From Planctomycetota bacterium (GTDB taxonomy: Bacteria > Planctomycetota > UBA1135 > GCA-002748355): a stretch of DNA of 64,000 nt. The translations under genes and the position numbers were made by a program. How positions within the stretch are numbered: position 1 is the stretch's first letter; each line of letters begins with the position of its first letter. The notes beneath the pieces were generated by a model, which made no database searches, was not told the origin of the DNA, and saw only the letters and a program-made list of their open reading frames with translations. The DNA lies in contig DROQ01000199.1 of NCBI GenBank assembly GCA_011321845.1, positions 2,895 to 66,894 of the forward strand. The letters run 5' to 3'. This document shows, piece after piece, positions 18,253 to 27,444 of the stretch.

Positions 18253-19365
18253 ATGATTCTCGGAGTCCCTAAGGAGATCAAACCCCAGGAAGGCCGTGTC
18301 GGCATGGTTCCAGCTGGGGCGCATCGCCTCGTAGAAGAAGGGCATCGTGTTCTGGTCCAGACCGGTGCAGGAGTGATGGCCGGTGTTTCGGACCAGGACT
18401 ACATCGACGCCGGCGCGGAGATCGTGGGGAGCGCGGAGGAGGCCTACGGCAACTCCGAGATGATCGTCAAGGTCAAGGAGCCTCTCGAGTCGGAGTATGG
18501 ATTGATCCAGAAGGGGCAAACGGTCTTTACCTATTTCCACTTCGCCGCCAACCGCAAGCTCACGGACGGAATGCTCGCGACCGGGGCCTACTGCTTTGCC
18601 TATGAAACTCTCGAAATCCCAGGAAAGGGACTTCCCCTTCTCACCCCCATGAGCGAGGTGGCGGGGCGGATGGCTGTCCAGGAGGGCGCCTATCATCTCG
18701 AGGCCCCGCGAGGTGGGAATGGGGTTCTTCTGGGAGGAGTCCCCGGGGTGCGTCCGGGTAAGGTCTTGATCCTGGGGGGTGGGGTGGTTGGAACCGAAGC
18801 GGCACGCATGGCCGCCGGGCTCGGAGCGGAGGTCGTGGTCCTCGACATCGACCTGGACCGCCTCCGGGAACTGAGCTTCCTTCTCCCCAAGAATGTGACT
18901 CTGCTCCACTCGAGCACCTATGCCATCCGGGAGAACCTGCGCGACGCCGATCTGGTCGTGGGGGCGGTCCTGGTCAAGGGGCATCGGGCTCCCCAACTCG
19001 TCCGCAAGGCGGACCTCGCCCTGATGAAAAAGGGCTCGGTCATCGTCGACGTCGCCGTGGATCAGGGCGGCTGCATTGAAACCTGCAAACCGACGACCCA
19101 CGAGGAGCCCACCTTTGTTGTCGATGGAGTGGTGCACTATTGTGTGGCCAACATGCCGGGAGGCGTTCCCCGGACTTCGACCTTCGCCCTTACCAACGCG
19201 ACCCTCCCCTATGCGAGCCAGCTGGCCGCCATGGGGCCCGAAAAGGCGATCCGCGAGAGTGCCGCTCTCCGGAGCGCCGCCAGTGTGGTCAAAGGCAAAC
19301 TCACCGACGAGGCCGTCGCCAGTTCTTTCGGGATCGATTGGGTGCAGCCTGTCGAGGCCCTCTAG
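18253..19365 (+). CDS. ald: Alanine dehydrogenase
   Basis: The N-terminus [27 protein letters not shown], and the NAD motif [28 protein letters not shown] are typical Ald. The ATG at 18253 lies 6 nt after GGAGGG. Confidence 0.9.
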   Translation: MILGVPKEIKPQEGRVGMVPAGAHRLVEEGHRVLVQTGAGVMAGVSDQDYIDAGAEIVGSAEEAYGNSEMIVKVKEPLESEYGLIQKGQTVFTYFHFAANRKLTDGMLATGAYCFAYETLEIPGKGLPLLTPMSEVAGRMAVQEGAYHLEAPRGGNGVLLGGVPGVRPGKVLILGGGVVGTEAARMAAGLGAEVVVLDIDLDRLRELSFLLPKNVTLLHSSTYAIRENLRDADLVVGAVLVKGHRAPQLVRKADLALMKKGSVIVDVAVDQGGCIETCKPTTHEEPTFVVDGVVHYCVANMPGGVPRTSTFALTNATLPYASQLAAMGPEKAIRESAALRSAASVVKGKLTDEAVASSFGIDWVQPVEAL

Positions 19366-19442
19366 CCTCGGTTCTCCATGACTTCCCCTCTGTGCTGGCC
19401 GGTCCAACAGCCTTTTCCGCCCCATTCTTTTGAGGAATCACG

Positions 19443-20021
19443 ATGACGGAAAACTCACAAGCAAGGGTTCGGATCGGGGTCCTGACCGTCTCCGATCGGG
19501 CCAGCAGGGGGGAATACGAAGACCGGGGCGGACCTGCCATCCTCGAGGAATTGCGGAGGATTCTCGAGACTCCCTTCGAGCCTGTTTGCCGGGTCATTCC
19601 CGATGAGAGGGGGGGGATCGCCGAGACCCTCCGGGAACTCTGCGATGTGGAGGGTTGCTGTCTGGTCGTTACCACGGGGGGGACAGGGCCTGCGCCCAGG
19701 GATGTGACCCCCGAGGCGACCGAGGATGTCTGTGAAAAGATGCTCCCCGGTTTCGGGGAGTTGATGAGGCAAAAGTCCCTTGAGGTGGTCCCAACGGCCA
19801 TCCTTTCCCGGCAGACTGCGGGGATCCGGGGAAAGAGCCTTGTGCTGAACCTCCCCGGCAAGCCCTCGGCGATCCATGACTGCCTTGGCGCGGTTTTTCC
19901 AGCGATCCCCTACTGCATCGACCTTGTGGGAGGACCGTATCTGGAGACCCGAAGCTCGGAATGCGTCGCCTTCCGGCCGGCCTCCGCACGGAAAAAGGGC
20001 GGGGAGAAAGAGAAAAGCTGA
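19443..20021 (+). CDS. mogA: Molybdopterin adenylyltransferase MogA / MoaB-family molybdenum cofactor biosynthesis protein
   Basis: RIGVLTVSDRASRGEYEDRGGPAI, LVVTTGGTGPAPRDVTPEAT and LPGFGELMR...AILSRQTAGIRGKSLVLNLPGKP form the MoCF_biosynth fold signature. Confidence 0.85.
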   Translation: MTENSQARVRIGVLTVSDRASRGEYEDRGGPAILEELRRILETPFEPVCRVIPDERGGIAETLRELCDVEGCCLVVTTGGTGPAPRDVTPEATEDVCEKMLPGFGELMRQKSLEVVPTAILSRQTAGIRGKSLVLNLPGKPSAIHDCLGAVFPAIPYCIDLVGGPYLETRSSECVAFRPASARKKGGEKEKS

Positions 20022-20152
20022 GGAAGCCCCCCTTCGGTGGGAAAAAGCAAAGGTATACTGGGGAGGCTTCTGCCGTCTCTTTTCCTTGTCTAGGTCCTTT
20101 GTCCCTTTTCTCCTTTCACTTTTTCCGAAGACGTCCTGCCTTGAAAAAACAC

Positions 20153-22258
20153 GTGCAAGCTAAACCAAGGGTGGCCGCTCCATGCCTCCCATGTTCGCGG
20201 AGGCCCCACAAGGGGGTCTTCTCTCCCGCCCTGGTCCTCTTCGGGCTCGCCATGGCTTTGTCCGGTGCCGCCGAGTTGCGAGCGCAATCGCAGGCGACCA
20301 GGCTGACCTTGGCCCATCGGCTGGGGCAGACCTTTGTGGTTTGGACGGAGGGTGGGGGAACCCAGGCCCCGGATTCCTACCACGTTTACGCCTGGACCAA
20401 ACCGATCAAGACGGCGGCCGACCTCAACCAGGCAAAGCTCCTTGCGACCGTTCCCAAGGGAAGCTCCTGGAACAAGCGCCTCGGGAGCCGGTTCCTCCTC
20501 AAAGCAGGGGGGGCACCCCTCCAGGCGAACCAGGGGTTTCTGGTCCTTACGCCCAAGGCGGTGGGCAAGCGTTACTTCGCGGTTCTTGGAGTTCTCAAGG
20601 GCAAGGAGAACCGCTCCCTCGACACGGGCAGCAACGGCAACAGCAAGGGGCCTGTCATCGAGACCATCGCCCCGCCCAAACCCATCCTCCAAAAGCTCAG
20701 CTCAGGAGGGAAAGAGTCCTGGTATGTCCACTTCGCCCCGGCCGAGGGACGTCCCGGGCTCCCGGACCAGTCCAACGTGCTGGGGCGGGCCTTCAACTAC
20801 AGACTCTACTTCGACCCGGGTCAGAAGGGGCCGCGCCCTGTCGTCTTCCTTCTGCACGGACATTCGCAGACCTTCAAGTCGACGGCGATCCCCACCTGGA
20901 CCCCCAAGAACGCCGTCCTGGTTTTCCCCGACGACGACAACCCTCCCGTGACCCACAGCCTGTGGTTCGGATACCACGAAAAATACGCCTTCGGTTCCCC
21001 TCAGGGTCTGGTGCGGGACTACACCGAGCGAAGGCTCCTCTGGTTGCTGGACGAGGTCTTGGGGGACAGCCGCCTCCAAGCCGATCCCCAGCGGGTCTAT
21101 GCCTTCGGCTTGTCTTTTGGCGCGGTGGGAGCCTTGGGCCTCGGAATCCGACACGCGGATCGCTTCGCGGCTGTGGGTGGGCTGGTCCCTGCCTTCGGGG
21201 TGGAGCATGCCGATTTCCGATTCAGTCGAGAGATCAAGGACCTCTTCGGCAGCAAAGCCCAAAACCTCAAGACGAGCCAGGGGCCCAAGATCTATGATCT
21301 TCTGAATTTCACGGCGGAGATGTCGGTCCGAAAGAAGGCGGGTGTGGCGCCGATGCGCTTTTTTGTGGGGCGTGCGGACATCACCAATGGCTGGACGGAA
21401 AAACCCGGCTTCTTCCGGAGTTCGGTCCAGGCACGGCAAGCGGGCTCCTTTTATTGGGATTATCGAACACACTCCACCAGCGGGGCTTGGACTCCGCTGG
21501 AAACCTCTCTCCTGGGTGAGATGACCGAATGGAGGCTGGATCGTCCCCTCCCGGTGCTGAGCAACCTCTCCCTCGACAACGACCCCGGCAATGGTAGCCC
21601 CATTTCGGGAGATGGAATTGGATGCATCGGTGGATATGCCAGGCTGTTCCCCGCCTCGGTCCAGGAGTCCAGTTCCTCCCTGGGCTTTGAACTCCGTCTG
21701 CGCGCGGACAAACGACGCCTGGATTACGCCAAGACCGCCCTCGCCCGGGTGGACCTGAGTCTTCGCCGGCTGTCCAAGTTCAAGGTCCTCCCGGGGAGCA
21801 TCTATCGGCTCCGGGTTCGTGCCAAGGGCAAGAGCGCGGTCCTGGAGGAGCGGGTGGCCACTCCGGACAGCGATGGACTTTTGACGTTTGCCCAGGTGGA
21901 AATCGCACGGGCGGAGGTTCGCAGGTACAACATCACAAAGTTCTCTCCCACCCTTCCTTTCGCGCACGCCGGTGGAGCCACCCATTTGAAAGGGACGGTC
22001 TTCCTCACCATGCATGGTGCCAAGGGAAATCCCGCCCTCCTCATGATCGGCTCGAAAAAGGTGCAGGTTCAGACTTCCTTTGGGGTGTGGGGCATTGGGG
22101 ATCCCATCTTTGTCTGGGGAGGCCTCCTTCCCTCTTCCGGGAAGGTGGAGGTCCCCGGAGCCATTCCCGATGTCCAAGCGCTCAAGGGAGCGAAGATCCT
22201 GGTTCAGGGCATGGTGGCTACCAAGTTCACCAACCTGACCTCCTTCCAAATCCAGTGA
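20153..22258 (+). CDS. Secreted alpha/beta-hydrolase (esterase/depolymerase-like) with an extra C-terminal module
   Basis: It has a signal-like segment (VFSPALVLFGLAMALSGAAELRA) and a nucleophile elbow GLSFG in VYAFGLSFGAVGALGLG. There is no ATG before the signal peptide, so the start is probably the GTG at 20153 or 20171. Confidence 0.55.
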   Translation: MQAKPRVAAPCLPCSRRPHKGVFSPALVLFGLAMALSGAAELRAQSQATRLTLAHRLGQTFVVWTEGGGTQAPDSYHVYAWTKPIKTAADLNQAKLLATVPKGSSWNKRLGSRFLLKAGGAPLQANQGFLVLTPKAVGKRYFAVLGVLKGKENRSLDTGSNGNSKGPVIETIAPPKPILQKLSSGGKESWYVHFAPAEGRPGLPDQSNVLGRAFNYRLYFDPGQKGPRPVVFLLHGHSQTFKSTAIPTWTPKNAVLVFPDDDNPPVTHSLWFGYHEKYAFGSPQGLVRDYTERRLLWLLDEVLGDSRLQADPQRVYAFGLSFGAVGALGLGIRHADRFAAVGGLVPAFGVEHADFRFSREIKDLFGSKAQNLKTSQGPKIYDLLNFTAEMSVRKKAGVAPMRFFVGRADITNGWTEKPGFFRSSVQARQAGSFYWDYRTHSTSGAWTPLETSLLGEMTEWRLDRPLPVLSNLSLDNDPGNGSPISGDGIGCIGGYARLFPASVQESSSSLGFELRLRADKRRLDYAKTALARVDLSLRRLSKFKVLPGSIYRLRVRAKGKSAVLEERVATPDSDGLLTFAQVEIARAEVRRYNITKFSPTLPFAHAGGATHLKGTVFLTMHGAKGNPALLMIGSKKVQVQTSFGVWGIGDPIFVWGGLLPSSGKVEVPGAIPDVQALKGAKILVQGMVATKFTNLTSFQIQ

Positions 22259-22392
22259 GGCAGGGAGCCAGTAAAGGAGCCAGAAAAGCTGTGAGCCAGT
22301 GAGGCGGTAAAGCAGAGAAGGAGGCAGTGAGAAAGTGAGGGGCAACGCAAGGTCCCCAGGCGGGACCCCGCGGCGGATCTCGCGGAAGTCGT

Positions 22393-23523
22393 CTAGCCGC
22401 CCAGGCGCGAAGGGCTGAGCCTTCTTTGTTTTCGCAGGATTTCCCGGTGGACGGCGAGGTCCTTTTTGAGCTGTTGGATTTTGGGCAGCAACAGGGTCCC
22501 GGGGCAGAAGGTGGCCCTGGGCCGGATCTGCCGATGGGAGAACACCTGGGAGGGGGGGATATCAAAGTTGTCCGAAAGGATCCGGACCAGATTGCGCATG
22601 GAGTCGATTTGCGCCGGCGTGGGGGGGGAGGCACCCTCTTCTCCGGGTTGGAAATTGCCTAAGAGGCAAATGCCGATGTTGTGCTTGTTGGTCTTGCCGT
22701 CTCCCGCATGGGCTCCCTGGTATTTGAGTTCCCGCCCCTCGAAGACTCTTCCCCAAGGATCGATCAGGAAATGGTATCCGATGTCCCCCCAGTGGTTCCT
22801 CAGGATCTGGTTTCTTTGGATGAGGCGGATCTGTTCCTTGGCCTCGTTTTGGCTATGGGGGGCGGCCATGGCGGTGTGATGGATGGTGATGCGGGTTGGT
22901 TGACCCATCAGCTCCATCTTCCGAGGGACGGCTCTGCGGTTGTGCCAACTGCTTCGAGGGAGAATGGCGAACCTGGGAGCAGTGGCGCTCTTTGTGGCGG
23001 GGGGGAGGGAAGGGGAGCCGATCTGGATGCGGCGGAGCATTCGCGAGATCAATGGTTCGAGTTGGGCTTTTTCGGAGCTGGGGATCTTGGAGAGGACCAA
23101 ACGCGCCTTGGCTCCCTGTCCCCCTTCCAAGAGGCACCAAGCCTGGAGGGCCTGGGCGAGGGAGCGGGTCCAGGGGTTCTTGGTCGTTTGGCGCAGCTTC
23201 CATAGGGAGGAGGAACTCTTCCCTGTCAGCCCGAGGCGACTCCGAAGGACCGCGAGCCTGAGGGTGATGGCCTCCTCGTCCCGCGGGGTCAGGTAGGTTC
23301 CATCCGGAGAAATTCCTGACTCTTGGGCTTGTTGGAGAGCTTGGATCTCAAGGCTCGCGGAGCCCTGGGCGCTCCGTAGGAGGGAACCGAGTTCGAGTTG
23401 AGGGAGGCTGGCCAGGGAGGTTCGGACGGATCCGGGTCTTCGGTGGAAATCATCCTTGATCGAGTGGCAGGAGGGAAGGAGGGGGAGACATCCCAAAAAG
23501 ACCAAGATCACGATACGGCCCAT
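22393..23523 (-). CDS. N-acetylmuramoyl-L-alanine amidase (Amidase_2/PGRP fold) lipoprotein
   Basis: It has a lipobox (MGRIVILVFLGCLPLLPSC). The C-terminal half reads ITIHHTA...WGDIGYHFLIDPWGRVFEGR...GAHAGD...NIGICLLGNF, which is the amidase_2 signature. Confidence 0.8.
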   Translation of the reverse strand: MGRIVILVFLGCLPLLPSCHSIKDDFHRRPGSVRTSLASLPQLELGSLLRSAQGSASLEIQALQQAQESGISPDGTYLTPRDEEAITLRLAVLRSRLGLTGKSSSSLWKLRQTTKNPWTRSLAQALQAWCLLEGGQGAKARLVLSKIPSSEKAQLEPLISRMLRRIQIGSPSLPPATKSATAPRFAILPRSSWHNRRAVPRKMELMGQPTRITIHHTAMAAPHSQNEAKEQIRLIQRNQILRNHWGDIGYHFLIDPWGRVFEGRELKYQGAHAGDGKTNKHNIGICLLGNFQPGEEGASPPTPAQIDSMRNLVRILSDNFDIPPSQVFSHRQIRPRATFCPGTLLLPKIQQLKKDLAVHREILRKQRRLSPSRLGG

Positions 23524-23761
23524 GAATCCTCCCTATGATTCCAGCCCATCCAACCGAATCCAACAAGCGCCCATGCTACCGGATCTTCTTGTGCAATTCT
23601 CCCGGGGATTCCAGGGAATCTTCCATCGGACCCGGAGCAGGTCGCCCGCGCCCCAATCCGGGTGGTCCGGAGGTTTCAGCTCCGACCCCAAAAAGCCGAA
23701 AGCTGGAGGAGCGGTTCCTCCTTCTTGGGACAGCTTCTTGGCTTTTTGGAGAAACATCGCG

Positions 23762-24202
23762 ATGGCTGTAAATGTAAGCATGAAGCTATGCGGGGAATTG
23801 GATTACCTCCGTCTCGTTTGGCAAACCATTGAGGGGGTGATGGAGGCGGTGACCTTTCCAGAGGATGAAGAACAGACCAAGTACAACATCCTTCTTGGAG
23901 TCCAGGAAGCCCTGACCAACATCCTCAAACATGGCTATGGGGACCGGCCCGGCCCTGTATGGGTGATGGCGGGTTGGGAGGAGGACCAATTCCTGATCGA
24001 ACTCATGGATGAAGCCCCGGAATTCGACCCCACGAAGGCTGGGGGGCAACCGGACACCGAGAATGGTTCCTCGCTCCCCGAAGGTGGGTATGGGATCCAG
24101 ATCATTCGGGCGGTGATGGATGGGATCCACTACAAACGAGAGAATGGGCGGAACACCCTGACGCTCTCCAAAGCCCTGACCCCGGTGGTCGGCAGAATCT
24201 GA
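23762..24202 (+). CDS. RsbW/SpoIIAB-like anti-sigma factor serine kinase (HATPase_c)
   Basis: The protein is 146 aa. It has an N-box-like motif (LLGVQEALTNILKHGY) and a G-box-like motif (LPEGGYGIQIIRAVMDGIHY). The start was chosen at the ATG at 23762 within ORF 23456..24202. Confidence 0.7.
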   Translation: MAVNVSMKLCGELDYLRLVWQTIEGVMEAVTFPEDEEQTKYNILLGVQEALTNILKHGYGDRPGPVWVMAGWEEDQFLIELMDEAPEFDPTKAGGQPDTENGSSLPEGGYGIQIIRAVMDGIHYKRENGRNTLTLSKALTPVVGRI

Positions 24203-24213
24203 TCGGAGGAGCC

Positions 24214-25926
24214 TTGATCGGAACCGGAGCGAGAGAACTAGCGGATGGGCTAGCCCTTTGCGCCTCCCATTTTGTGACCGGGGGGGGAGCCGAGGGGATT
24301 CGGGTCTTCGACAAGGATGGGGTTCCCCTTGCCGAGGGGGGGGCCACCTTTTTGGATGGTGATGCAGGTTTCTTCTTGGGGAGCAAAGGGCTGCAAGTGC
24401 ACAGCCTCCCGGAGAACCGGAGGGCAGTGATCGAAGAGATCGAAATGCCTGCCGAAAACCGACTCTGGGTTCTTCTTACCGCGGATCGGGAGCAAGACCC
24501 CAAAGTCCTCCAGAGCTTTGTCCAATGGGTCGGGGACATCCTTAGGCGAGAGGGGATGCGGGATTTCGAATCGGATGACACCACGATTCATCTGCTGAGC
24601 TGCTTCGAACAGATCCGGACCGTTCATGACCTGGCCGAACATTTGCCTACCTGCCAGAACCTTTCGGAGATGGCGGAATTTTGTTTGAGGGCCTTGAACC
24701 GAGGGCTTCCCGCCCGCAAGACTTTGCTCCTGATTCATGATGAGGAGGGGTTGACGAGCAAGGTGTTCTCTCTCCAGGAGGAGGAGGGGGTGAGGCACTT
24801 CGAATCCTGGACCTTTGACAGCCAAAAGATCCGGCTAACGAGCCCCCTCGGGGTGGCCATGGCGGAGAACCGGGCCATCTATGGGCCCAAGGAAAACTTC
24901 AAGATTCCCGAGGGCTGTCTCCTGGAGGAGGCGGAGAGAAACCTCCTTGTGGTGCCGATCTCCTTTGGTGAGGAGAACGAAGGGCTCGGTGCTCTGATTC
25001 TCATGGACTCTTTTCATTTCGAGGGGGACAGCCAGTCCTTCGGAAACCCCGAAAAGGAGATGGCCCAATCCGTTGCCGTTCTCCTGGGGCTCCTCCTGGG
25101 AACCAAAAAGAGAGCGGCCGCTGAGAAGGAACTCCAGATCGCCAAGACGATCCAGGAAACCCTCCTTCCTGAGAGTGCCCCGGACTGGAAGGGTCTGGAA
25201 GTGGCCGGGAAGAACCGGCTGGCCAATGCTGTGGGTGGGGATTTCTTTGGCTTTTTCGAGGGGGATCATGGGCGAAGGGACGTTGTGATCGCGGACGTGT
25301 CAGGGCACAACATGGCTTCGGCCATGGCCATGATCATGGCGCGTTCCCAACTGCAGGTGCTCATCGAGTCCAAGGAAGGGCCGGGCGAACTTCTGAGCGC
25401 CCTTGGACGTTCGCTCTATTCGGATCTGATGAGAAACGACCTTTTCCTCACGGTTTTCCACCTCACCATGGGACCCTGGAAACAAGGATGTGTTCCCTTT
25501 CGGTTTACCAACGCAGGACACAATCCTCCTCTCCTTGTTCGAAAAAACGGGGAGACCCAATGGCTTGAGGGAGGGGGACCGGTCATCGGTTTCCTTCCGG
25601 ACATGGTTTATGAGGAGACCCAGGAAACGCTGTTTCCGGGAGATCTGCTTTATCTTTACACCGACGGGGTGACCGAATCCCAGGACTTGAATGGCGAGAT
25701 GTTCGGTGAAGAACGGCTCCGGGAGATGGTTGTGGCCTCCAGAGACTTGAGCCCACAGAGGTTGGTGGAGAAGACCTTTGAGGTCTTGGAGGAGAACTGC
25801 CCAAAGGGGGCGGTTTTGGATGACATCACGGTTGTGGCTCTCAAGGTCAAGGAAAAGGTCGAACGAGAGACAAAAGAGGGGAGATCTGATCATGGCGAAA
25901 GGGAAAACCATCCTCGTAGTGGATGA
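24214..25926 (+). CDS. GAF-like sensor fused to a PP2C/SpoIIE-family serine phosphatase (RsbU-like)
   Basis: The C-terminal half reads IAKTIQETLLPE...VGGDFFGFF...VVIADVSGHNMASAMAM...LYLYTDGVTES...DDITVVALKV, which is the SpoIIE/PP2C signature. It has a TTG start at 24214, 3 nt after GGAGGAG. Confidence 0.8.
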   Translation: MIGTGARELADGLALCASHFVTGGGAEGIRVFDKDGVPLAEGGATFLDGDAGFFLGSKGLQVHSLPENRRAVIEEIEMPAENRLWVLLTADREQDPKVLQSFVQWVGDILRREGMRDFESDDTTIHLLSCFEQIRTVHDLAEHLPTCQNLSEMAEFCLRALNRGLPARKTLLLIHDEEGLTSKVFSLQEEEGVRHFESWTFDSQKIRLTSPLGVAMAENRAIYGPKENFKIPEGCLLEEAERNLLVVPISFGEENEGLGALILMDSFHFEGDSQSFGNPEKEMAQSVAVLLGLLLGTKKRAAAEKELQIAKTIQETLLPESAPDWKGLEVAGKNRLANAVGGDFFGFFEGDHGRRDVVIADVSGHNMASAMAMIMARSQLQVLIESKEGPGELLSALGRSLYSDLMRNDLFLTVFHLTMGPWKQGCVPFRFTNAGHNPPLLVRKNGETQWLEGGGPVIGFLPDMVYEETQETLFPGDLLYLYTDGVTESQDLNGEMFGEERLREMVVASRDLSPQRLVEKTFEVLEENCPKGAVLDDITVVALKVKEKVERETKEGRSDHGERENHPRSG

Positions 25927-26269
25927 CGAGCCTTTTATTTTAAAGTCCCTGACATTCATCCTGCAAAAAGGGGACTTCGAGGTCATCGAGGCGAGGGACG
26001 GGGAGGAGGCTGTCGCGATGATCGAACAGCATCATCCCTCCCTGGTGTTTCTGGATGTCATGATGCCCAAGATGAACGGATACGATGTCATCCGGAAGGT
26101 GCGGGCGAACCAGGAGCTGGAGGGGGTTTTCATCGTTCTCCTCACCGCAAAGGGACAGGAAACCGACCGGTCCCAGGGGATGAGCGCTGGGGCCAATGAT
26201 TATCTGACCAAACCCTTCAGTCCCAGCCGCATCCTGCAGGTGGCGAGGGAGATCATGGATCAAGATTGA
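25892..26269 (+). CDS. Single-domain response regulator receiver (CheY-like)
   Basis: MAKGKTILVVDDEPFILKSL...LVFLDVMMPKMNGYDV...VLLTAKGQE...GANDYLTKPFSP matches the receiver fold, with the phospho-acceptor Asp in FLDVMMP. It overlaps the phosphatase gene by 35 nt. Confidence 0.85.
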   Translation: MAKGKTILVVDDEPFILKSLTFILQKGDFEVIEARDGEEAVAMIEQHHPSLVFLDVMMPKMNGYDVIRKVRANQELEGVFIVLLTAKGQETDRSQGMSAGANDYLTKPFSPSRILQVAREIMDQD

Positions 26270-26317
26270 TCCTGTTCTTCCCTTTTTTCCCGGCGCAATG
26301 TGAGCTATAGCCGGGGC

Positions 26318-27079
26318 ATGAAAAACCACGAATTCGTCTTTGATGTAGGGGAGCAGAACTTCAAAGAGCGCGTCATCGACGCGAGCAAAACCGTTCCCGT
26401 CCTTGTGGATTTCTGGGCTTCCTGGTGTGGGCCCTGCAGGAGCCTTGGGCCGGTTTTGGAGGCCTTGGCCGAGTCCTATGGCGGTGGATTCCTTCTGGCG
26501 AAGGTGGACACGGAGAAGGAGCAGCGCCTGGCTTCGATGTTTCAGATCCAGAGCATCCCCTTTGTGGTGGGGTTCAAGGACGGTGCTCCGGTCGATGCCT
26601 TTTCGGGAGCCTTGCCCGAGCCGGAAATCCGTTCCTTTCTGGAGGGCCTTGGGGTCCAAGCGCTGGGCTCCAGCAAGACGCAAGAGGAGAAGGCCTCTCC
26701 TTTTGAAGAGGCGAAGAAGCGCCTGCGAGAGGGACCTTCCCAGGAGGAGATCGCCAAGAGCTTGGAGGAACTGGCGGCCCTGGAAGAAGACAATGATTCC
26801 TATGAAGAAGCCCAGCGCTTCCTCTCGGCCCGCAATTGGTTCCTCGGGGAGCTTCCCGGTCAAGGAGAGGCGCGAGAGGAGATGGAGCGAGCCAGAGAGC
26901 TTTGGCTCCAGGGGGAATGGGAAAAAGCGATGCGGCATCTCCTCTTTTCGGTGCGAGCCGACCCCAAGCTGGGGGAGTTTCTCGCCAGGAAGGCCTTGGT
27001 CGCCCTGATGGGCCTTTATTCCGATCAAGCCGGAAAAGTGGAGGAGATCCGGCGCCAGTTGGCTTCTCTCCTCTATTGA
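26318..27079 (+). CDS. Thioredoxin-domain protein with a TPR-like C-terminus (YbbN/CnoX-type)
   Basis: VLVDFWASWCGPCRSLGPVLE carries the WCGPC active site. It is followed by a ~140-aa helical tail. Confidence 0.85.
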   Translation: MKNHEFVFDVGEQNFKERVIDASKTVPVLVDFWASWCGPCRSLGPVLEALAESYGGGFLLAKVDTEKEQRLASMFQIQSIPFVVGFKDGAPVDAFSGALPEPEIRSFLEGLGVQALGSSKTQEEKASPFEEAKKRLREGPSQEEIAKSLEELAALEEDNDSYEEAQRFLSARNWFLGELPGQGEAREEMERARELWLQGEWEKAMRHLLFSVRADPKLGEFLARKALVALMGLYSDQAGKVEEIRRQLASLLY

Positions 27080-27444
27080 TTCCCCTCTTCCGGAACCGCC
27101 ATGCGAGGGCTCATTGGGGCTTTGGCGATTTCTGGGGGGTGTGGATATCAGAAACCTGTTACAAGAAAGATTCTCGGCGGTTCCTGATCTCCCTCATCTC
27201 CTGGTAGAATCTTCCTTACATTCCTATTGGGGTTTTGGCTGCGTTCGTTTGTCCTTTCCCCATATCACTTTCTTTGTCGGAAGGAGTAAGGAGTTTGGAT
27301 TCCCGGTTGAGTCCCTCTGGGGAGGATCGTGGGGTCCCGCCGTTTTCCCTTTCCTCTTTTCCTTTCTCAATCCATCTTCATCTTCCCCATCCTTCCAGGC
27401 CTCAGAGCCCGGTTGAGGGGAAATAGACCGGAGGTTTCTTAATC

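Noticed and set aside
19366-19442. Molybdenum-cofactor riboswitch upstream of mogA, or upstream of the nar genes
   Set aside because: The gap is only 77 nt, which is too short, and it shows none of the conserved Moco-motif stems. I saw nothing comparable upstream of narK or narH.
22259-22392. Purine-rich tract with repeated GAGCCAG / GTGAG words between the convergent hydrolase and amidase genes
   Set aside because: This is short, imperfect word repetition with no stable structure or periodicity. It is most simply a compositional spacer between two 3' ends.
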